Assembly: GCA_013416795.1 (NCBI GenBank)
Contig: RQSC01000869.1
Span: forward strand, 25,184 to 89,183
DNA from: Prasinococcaceae sp. CCMP 1430
Taxonomy: Eukaryota > Plantae > Prasinodermophyta
DNA length: 64,000 nucleotides
Direction: 5' to 3'
Shown piece after piece: positions 57,163-64,000 of this stretch (its first letter is position 1; the number at the start of each line of letters is the position of its first letter). Below the pieces are notes generated by a model that was not told where the DNA came from, searched no databases, and saw nothing but the letters and a program-made list of their open reading frames with translations. The position numbers and the translations under genes were made by a program.

Positions 57163-58455
57163 ATGGGCCCCATCGCGGCGGCGGCGGCGTCGTTCTCGAC
57201 GAACACCGGCAGGTTGAACGGCTCGTCGAACAGCGCGGCGATGTCCGTCTGTTCCCAATCGGCATAGTTGGCCGGGCGCCCCGGCAGGTCGACCAGCCCG
57301 AGATCGTCAGGCATCGCCACGCCCAGCCCGACCACCTTGGCCACGTCGACATCCGCCCGGCGCAGCATGTTCTTGATCGAACGGCGATAGAGCGCGCGGA
57401 CCTGGCCGGGCAGGGCGAAATCGACCTCCTCGGTGGTGCGCATCAGCGTCTCGCCCGAGAAGTCGACCAGCACGATGGTAATGTGATCGCGGTCGATATT
57501 GACCCCGATCGAATAGCAGGCGTCGCGCTTCACCACCAGAGCGGTCGGCGGCTGCCCGCGACCCCCGCGGCGCTGGCCGGCTTCCTCGATCAGCCCGTCC
57601 TGGAGCAGGCGCTTGGTGATGTTGGCGATATCGCTGCGGGGTGCGCCGAAGGCGGAGATCGACCTCGTGCGCCTCCTCCGGGCCGCGGCGCGCAGCGAAG
57701 GCGAGGCGCGCCCGCCGGCGGTCTTAGATGTGCGCGCCCAGCAGGAGCGCGACGCTGCCGCGGAAGCGCTGCGCGCGCGGTACGCCAGGCTTGCGGCTTG
57801 CGCGGTGCGCGCGCGAGAGCTGCTCGCTGAGGTCGGCGGGGCGGCGTTCGGCGGCGCGAAGGGCACGCCGGCGGCGATAGGCGATGCCGCGCTCGCATCG
57901 TACGCCGCGCAGGTTGCCGATCTTGAGGGCGCCGCTGCGGCGCTGCAGCGGGCTCAGGCGGAGATGGAGGCGGAAGCGGAGGCCAGAGAGAGGGAGGAGG
58001 AACGAGGGCGCCTCGAGAGCGTGGAAGAGGCCCCGGGGCCGAGCGACGAGTCGGCGGGCGACGAGTCGGCGCAAGAGGCGCTCGAGCCAGCGCAGAGCAA
58101 GGCCGGGAGTATGAGCCTCCGCGCGGCGGAGGCTCTGGCGACGCAGGAGAAGCTGCAGGAGGGTCTCACGGATGAGCTGGTTGCACTGGCGGCCTCTCTG
58201 AAGTCAAACGCCCTGGAGGTCGACTCTGCGGTGCAGAGGCAGTCCAGGGTGCTCGACGACACCGAGACCGCCGTTGGAAAGAGCCTCGAGGGCACTAAAG
58301 GCGCCAACGCGCGCGCCGCCGAGGTCTTCGCGGAAGGTTGGGGCGCGAGCTGCCAAGGTCTCGTGCTCACCTTGCTCGTCCTGGCCATCTTCACCGCCGT
58401 GTTCCTCTTCATGCGGTTTGCGCCCAACCTCGACAGCAGGCACGGCGAGCTCTAG
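57163..58455 (+). CDS. USE1: ER Qc-SNARE USE1-like, 5' end interrupted by the ROK fragment
   Basis: KAEIDLVRLL N-terminal motif; SNARE helix QEKLQEGLTDELVALAASLKSNAL; C-terminal TM helix. Probable ATG at 57163 upstream of the insert; the main open frame is 57613-58455. Confidence 0.75.
57168..57629 (-). other. Internal fragment of a bacterial ROK-family (NagC/XylR-like) transcriptional regulator
   Basis: IANITKRLLQDGLIEE...RGGRGQPP (end of wHTH), YSIGVNIDRDHI, GLGVAMPD and LPVFVENDAAAAAMG; truncated at both ends. Confidence 0.85.
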
Positions 58456-59133
58456 CTTGGGTGTGTAGCAAGTGTGCGCGCATAGAGTGACTAGCTAGGT
58501 ACACTGTAGGTAACGGGCTCTCTCCACGAGCCGCTGTCTCCAGGCCCGCACCGCGCGCCCCGCCCCGCGAACGCTGTAGCGGGCAGCGGCAACAGCAGCA
58601 CCGGCTGCAGCGCACCGGCGCTCTGCGTGGGGGCGCACGCGACCGTACACTGGGACAGCACCCCGCACCCCCCATCCCCTGACCCTGGTCTGCTCGCTGC
58701 GAGGCTCAGAGCCGCATGCGACGGCGCCGTCGCGGCGCGCCATCAAACGGGCTGCGTTTTTTTTTCATGGCCGCGAGCGCCACAGGGGTATCAGCAGCGG
58801 CAGCGCCGCCGCGAGGGAAGTGGGCCACACCGCGCGCGGCGCACGTGGCGCGCGTGGGCTTGCGGCAGCGGTGCGCTCGCTCGCTCTGGCCGGGCGCGGC
58901 GGCGGCAAGCGCGCGCGCGCGCAGGCGCGTCGGGGCGGCGTCTTTGAGGCGGGACAGGGCGGGAACGCACCGCCGACGTGCTGCGCCGTTGGGGCGCGCA
59001 GGGAAAACGCAGCGGAGAGATTCTTGCGTGCGCCGCGCGGTAACCCGCCACTCCCCTCGTTGCGCTCCACGCACGCACCACGTGGTGGACGTGACAGGGC
59101 ACCAGCCGAAGAGTGCGAAGCACGCGGCCCACC

Positions 59134-59989
59134 ATGGTGAATGCAGACTCCACATTCCTTGACTGGAACAGCGGCTGGGCCATCGCGATCTGCGTCGTCG
59201 CGATCGCCGTGGCCATCGTGACCTGGATCCTGCTGCTCATCCGCCTACTGACGGAGACGGTTCCAGAGGGTGACGACGCAGACTTCGCCGAGCGGAAGGT
59301 GGGCACTGCCTGCATGCTAACCTGCCGGCGCACATGTGGCCTGCCTGTGATGTGTTTGTCTGCGCCCGCCATTGCGTCATGGGGGCATTGCAGCCATCGC
59401 ACACACATGCTGCGCGTGTCTCTGATGACATCGTCGAGCGAGCTGACCGATGCCTTTCCTTGCCCTGCGCCATCTCGCAGGAGCGACGCCGCACCGAGCG
59501 CCTCTCTCGCCATCAGAAAAAGGGCGCGCTAGGACGCACACTGTCGGTGGGGCAACTGGCTGCACAAGGTGAGGGCTTCGGCATCACCAACAGACAGATC
59601 TCGCGCAAGCGACAACGCAGCGCTTCTCCGCTACGCACTCGAAGAACATCGGCTGACTGCGCTCATTCCCTACGTTGCGACTTTCCACAGACATGTTCAA
59701 GACAGTTATGTTCCTTGGCACGGGGCCGGCCACCCCTTCGCCACGCCGCGCATCACGTAGCAGCGGGAGCGGCAACAAGGGATCTCCTGGCGCATCGTCA
59801 TTGGGGCAGTCCCAGACGCACGCCGGTGCGAATCGCGAAGATGTGACAAGCAGCGAGCGTGCCCTCCAGCCGCCCGAGCCCGTGGGGATGGGTGCCGGGC
59901 ATTCAGGGGCGAGCACGAGCAGTATTGGCGGTGCCACTACGGCTTGGCGACGCGCATCGAGCCACCACGTGCTCGAGGAGCGCATATGA
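59134..59989 (+). CDS. Small single-pass membrane protein, unknown function (3 exons)
   Basis: Exons 59134-59298, 59481-59568 and 59691-59989, joined by GT-AG introns in frame; TM WAIAICVVAIAVAIVTWILLLI. Confidence 0.55.
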
Positions 59990-60190
59990 AGGCGACAGCA
60001 GCACCTGCGTTGGCCGTCGAAGTAAGAAATGATAGGTGAGCACGCGTTCACAACCACCTTTGCCCGGTTCACGGGGGAGGGAGAGGGGGAGGGGGAAGGG
60101 GCAGGAGCATTCTTGAGTATGATTATCGGAAGATTACAGTGGTCAGGTGGTCGCTACGGTATTGTGCGCTTGCGGTGTGTGTGTCACAGA

Positions 60191-63100
60191 TTAAAGGCTT
60201 AGCTCAAGGCTCTGCTTGCCGCCCCGAGCGCTCTCGAGCTCCGAGAGCACGGATGGGATGGTGGCCACGAAAGGGTGAGAGAGGAGGTCGGTTGCAGTTG
60301 CACGCTGTCTCGGGTCCAACACGAAACACTTCTCCAGGAAAGAGCGACACAGGTCGGAGCACTCTGGCGGGATGGGAGGTCCCTTGCCGGACTTGGCGAT
60401 GTGAAACATCGCCGCCCAGCCGTTGTCGAGCTCGGGCCACGGATGGTTGGCGGTGATCATCTCGATGACCGTGCAGCCGACGCTCCAGATGTCAGCTCTC
60501 CTGCCGTAGCCCGTCCCTTTCATCACCTCAGGCGCCATCCAGTACACGCTCCCACGGATCGACTTGAAGCCGTGGCTGAGGTTTGTCTGCTCGAATGCCG
60601 TCGATGCGCCGAAGTCGGCCAGCTTCACCACGCCCTCGCCGTCAATGAGCACATTCGCGCCCTTTAGGTCCCTGTGAATCACGCGGCGGCCGTGCAGGTA
60701 TTCGAGCCCGAGCAGGAGCTGCCGGGTGTACAGTCGGACGAGCTGCTCGGAGAAGTGCCCGAAGCGCTGTAGCATCGACGCGATCGAGCCACCGGGCACG
60801 AACTCCAAGAACACGTGCAGGTTGGAGCGCTGCTCATCGCGCTGCATGCCAATGTAGCGCACGATATGGCGATGGGCCAGGCGCTTGTAGAGCTCAATCT
60901 CGCGCTCGAGGCTCGCAAGCGACTTGAGCCTCTCGGTCGCCATCCCTGCGCGGCCATCGACGTCCGCGACGGCAATCTCCTTGACGGCCATCAGCTGCCC
61001 TGTCTGCGTGTTGAGCCCCTGATACACCTTGCCGTATGCACCTTCGCCAAGCAGCTGCCCCCTCGCCCAAGAGATTACGTTTTCTTTGTTCTCGCTCGCT
61101 CGGACGCCATCGGCGCCGGCGAGCAACTTCGCAGCGGCCGCCTCTTGCTCGGCAATGGCGCTGCTGCCGCGGTTCACGTTGCTTGGCCGCAAGGTTGGAC
61201 TGTGACCCCCGTCGCCCGCCATCATTTCGTCGCCGCTCAACTGGGAGAGCGACTGCACCGCGACAGGCGAGTCGAGCAACGCACCGGGAGCGTTGAGGGC
61301 GTCCGTTTCGTACATGGTTCTGGGGGTCACAGGGGCATGTGCAGAGCCGCGCTCGTCTGCGCTCGTGCCCTGCGGCCGCCCATTGCTGACTGCGCCCATG
61401 GGCGACAGCAGAGGGGGCGTGCTACCAGTAGGGTTGGCCACCTCGACGCTCAGGCTCGCGCGTCGTGAGTTCATCCCAGGATCGGCGACTCCTCTGTCGG
61501 ACCCAAGCTCCGCGTCGGCGGGCTCTGGGGTCTGCCCTGTGACAAACTTGAGAATGTCTTTGAGATGTGTGCTGTTCGCGCGCCTGTGGCCTCTCCTCCT
61601 GCTGCCCTTGCTGGAAGCGGAGTCAGAGCTTATGGCGTTATCGAGGCCGCCATCGAACTTGCCAATGAGCGCATCCTCCTCGTCCGCCTCCCTGGCATCG
61701 GCATTGTCGCCGCGGCCGAGCTCCAGTTTCTTGGCAAAGCGCAGCACGCGCGCAGAGAGCGGCGGATCGTCTGCAGGGCCATCGGCACTCCCATTGCCGC
61801 CAACGATAGGTGTGCGTGTTGCCGCCTGCTCGCCCACCAGGGCGACGCGGGTGGCGTGATCCTTGCAGAGCTGCAGCGGCGTCCGACCCTCGCGCGTACG
61901 TGTGTTGAGGAGCGCTTCGCCCCGTGTTCCATCAATGTGCGCACGCACACGACGTGGCCAACCTCGCAGGCGTAGTGCAGCGCGGTGTACCCCCATGTAT
62001 CGGTGGCACGAACGTCGGCTCCGTGCGTCACTAGCATTGCCAAGATGGTGTGCTCGCCCCAGGCGGCGGCGTGCAGCAGTGGCGGCCCGCGTTCGCCGCT
62101 GCTGGCGTTTGGGTCCGCACCCTGGCTGAGCAGCAGCGCCACAGCCGCCCGCTCACCAGCGGCGACCGCCTCGAAGAGCGGCGTGGCGACTGCATTCGCC
62201 TCGTTGGCGGCAATCGCGAGTGAGCGATCCTCCGCGAGGACGGCCGCCAACACATCCACACGCCCCGCTCGCGCCGCCGTGCGCATCGCAGCCACGCCTC
62301 GTCGCGTTCGCGACGGGTCGGCCCCCGAGCCCAGCCCAGTGCCGCCAGCGCTTACGGCGCGCGTGTGGTGATACATGCGCGAGCGGCCCGTGCCAGGGCG
62401 CGGCGAGCCCGCCTTCAACGGCGACGGTGCACGCGGAGGCGACGGTGTGAATGCTCCGGGCGATGTACCAGGCAGCGACGATGGCCAGGGTGTCGCGTCG
62501 CTGTCACTCGACTCCATCGGCAGCCCTCCGAACCAGAAGCCGCGCTGCTGCGGTGCTGAGCTCCGCTGCCCTTGACCCGCCCCCGTGGACCCCAGCTGCC
62601 CAGCCCCGGCTTCGTGAGGGGCTCCATCAGGCATGCGCCCCTGCGGTGCCCGCAGGGCCTGCATGGCTGGCTGCCGCAGCTGCCTCAGATCTGCAGAGGG
62701 CGCCGACGAGACCATCCGCTTGGGCAGCGCCGTGCCACTCCCGCCCGCTGCGCCAAGCGCGCGAGGCTGCGCCGGATCACCCGCGGTGAACAGCGGGGCG
62801 AGCTTCGTCAACGTCGAGCCAATAGGGCTACTCCGCTGCCGCAGTATGCGGGGCGGCATCTGCGGGCGGTCAGGTGCGCCCGACTGCTGGCCACCCATCG
62901 GCGACCCGAGGTCGGTGTATGACGGCGTCCGCGGGCGCGGCCAGTTTGGCGACCCAGGCATCGATGACGTGCGCGAGCGCGATCCAGAGGCACCCACGTC
63001 TGCCGCCGAGAAGGAGCCTGGCGCCCCGGCCACCCCGCTCACACGCGGCGGCGTGCCCCCCCGGCGCAATGACGCGCTCGCCGCAAAGAGCTGCTCCGCG

Positions 63101-63279
63101 GCGAGCCTCCGGATCTCGAAGGCGCGAGGCGAGCGCAGTCGCCCCGAGCCGCCGCCACCGCCACCGGCGGCGGCGGCGGTGGCGCGCGAGCGCGAGTATC
63201 CCTGCTGCTGGGCCGACCCCGACGCGTGAGGCGCCTCCTGGCCCTCGAAGGGCAGCGACTGCATGCCCGAGGGCACCAT
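60191..63279 (-). CDS. MAP kinase kinase kinase (MEKK/NPK1/ANP type) with ankyrin repeats; 1-nt frameshift near 61910
   Basis: Ankyrin TPLFEAV, GPPLLHAAAWG and GYTALHYAC; kinase GQLLGEGAYGKVY, MAVKEI, LEFVPGGSIASML, HRDLKGAN, DFG and GSVYWMAPEV; TGTAA at 60134. Confidence 0.88.
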
Positions 63280-63528
63280 CACCCCCGGGGGCGCGCCCGA
63301 GCGCTCGCCGGCCCCTCCTCCTCTCTCTCTCTCTCCCAGCGCGCCCCACCAAGGCTCACCCGCCGGTCCCTACCGCGCCACGGCAGGCTCGCTCTCTCCT
63401 TCCCTCTCTCTTGCACGTGCGCCGCTCCCCTGCCCCCCCTCCCTCCTCCTGCACCGCGCCGCGCCGGCACGCGCGCGGTCTGCCCCTGCGCGTTCATGCG
63501 CGCGCGACCGCGACCTCGCGTGGGTGCA

Positions 63529-63590
63529 GAAAACCCTAAACATCACAGCCGCACCCGCGCGCCTAAACCTCATCACATCACATTTGAAAC
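63529..63590 (+). promoter_or_regulatory. Telo-box (AAACCCTA) and CHR-like TTTGAA upstream of the MAPKKK
   Basis: aaaaccctaaa at 63530-63540, cctaaacct at ~63562 and tttgaa at ~63583. Confidence 0.45.
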
Positions 63591-64000
63591 ACCCTTTTCA
63601 CAGACCCTGCCACGCGCCTCTGTTCATGCCACGCCAGGCCAGGCTGGCGAGGTCAGGGCGACTGCTAAGAAGCTTCTTAGCTGCAAACGGGAGCCTTCCG
63701 ATTCCGTCGACCCATTTTTCTCTTTTTTTTTTAGAAAAAATGGAAAGACAAAGAGAAAAGACCCGGAAAATGACCTGAGGGCCACGCGATGTGGGGCACG
63801 GCGAGCTTTGAGGCGCCGACGTCTCAATCATTTACAAGGCTTGTTTTTTTCTGGGTGGGGCGGACGGCGCGGTGCCGCGGCGTCGTCTACGGCGGGGGCG
63901 GGGCGGCACACGGCGCGCGGGGCGCGACTCCCTCCCTCCCCCCTTCCCTCCCTCCGTCGCGCGGCGCGGCGGGTATGGGACGCGCCGCTGCCGCCGCCGC

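Noticed and set aside
56886-57866. 326-aa ORF as an intact ROK gene
   Set aside because: Only the central ~155 aa are ROK-like; the flanks are antisense USE1 and promoter sequence.
1-64000. Hundreds of long overlapping Arg/Ala/Pro-rich ORFs in the six-frame track (e.g. 2085-3605, 4899-6653, 11854-13704, 33876-35354)
   Set aside because: Shadow ORFs caused by very high GC and stop-codon scarcity; they lie antisense or out of frame to well-supported genes.

Overview
Gene-dense, very GC/CpG-rich eukaryotic nuclear DNA, most likely a green alga of prasinophyte grade. This is inferred from COP1, a plastid-targeted RPL11, an AP2 domain, TGTAA poly(A)-like signals, short GTGCG...CAG introns and the flagellar gene IFT54. 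About 27 protein-coding genes can be supported; I found no tRNA, rRNA, CRISPR array or recognisable transposon. The draft assembly has an N gap (42407-42955), a single N, two long poly-G tracts and several apparent frameshifts or misjoins. The most unusual items are: (1) a 3080-aa EF-hand/EML(TAPE)/13xPLAT fusion; (2) a Tudor + AP2 + flavin amine oxidase protein with Arg at the conserved catalytic Lys position; (3) an ACF1-like WAC-DDT-WHIM protein ending in a DNMT1-RFTS-like domain; (4) a ~460-bp bacterial ROK-regulator fragment inside the 5' end of USE1; (5) an FKBP-like gene nested antisense in an intron of a CobW-like gene; (6) a peptidoglycan-binding + Cys-rich protein; (7) a SMARCAL1-Ku80-UBE2T DNA-repair neighbourhood with an E2F/CHR/CCAAT-like bidirectional promoter. 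All domain calls come from motif recognition by eye; no database searches were run.
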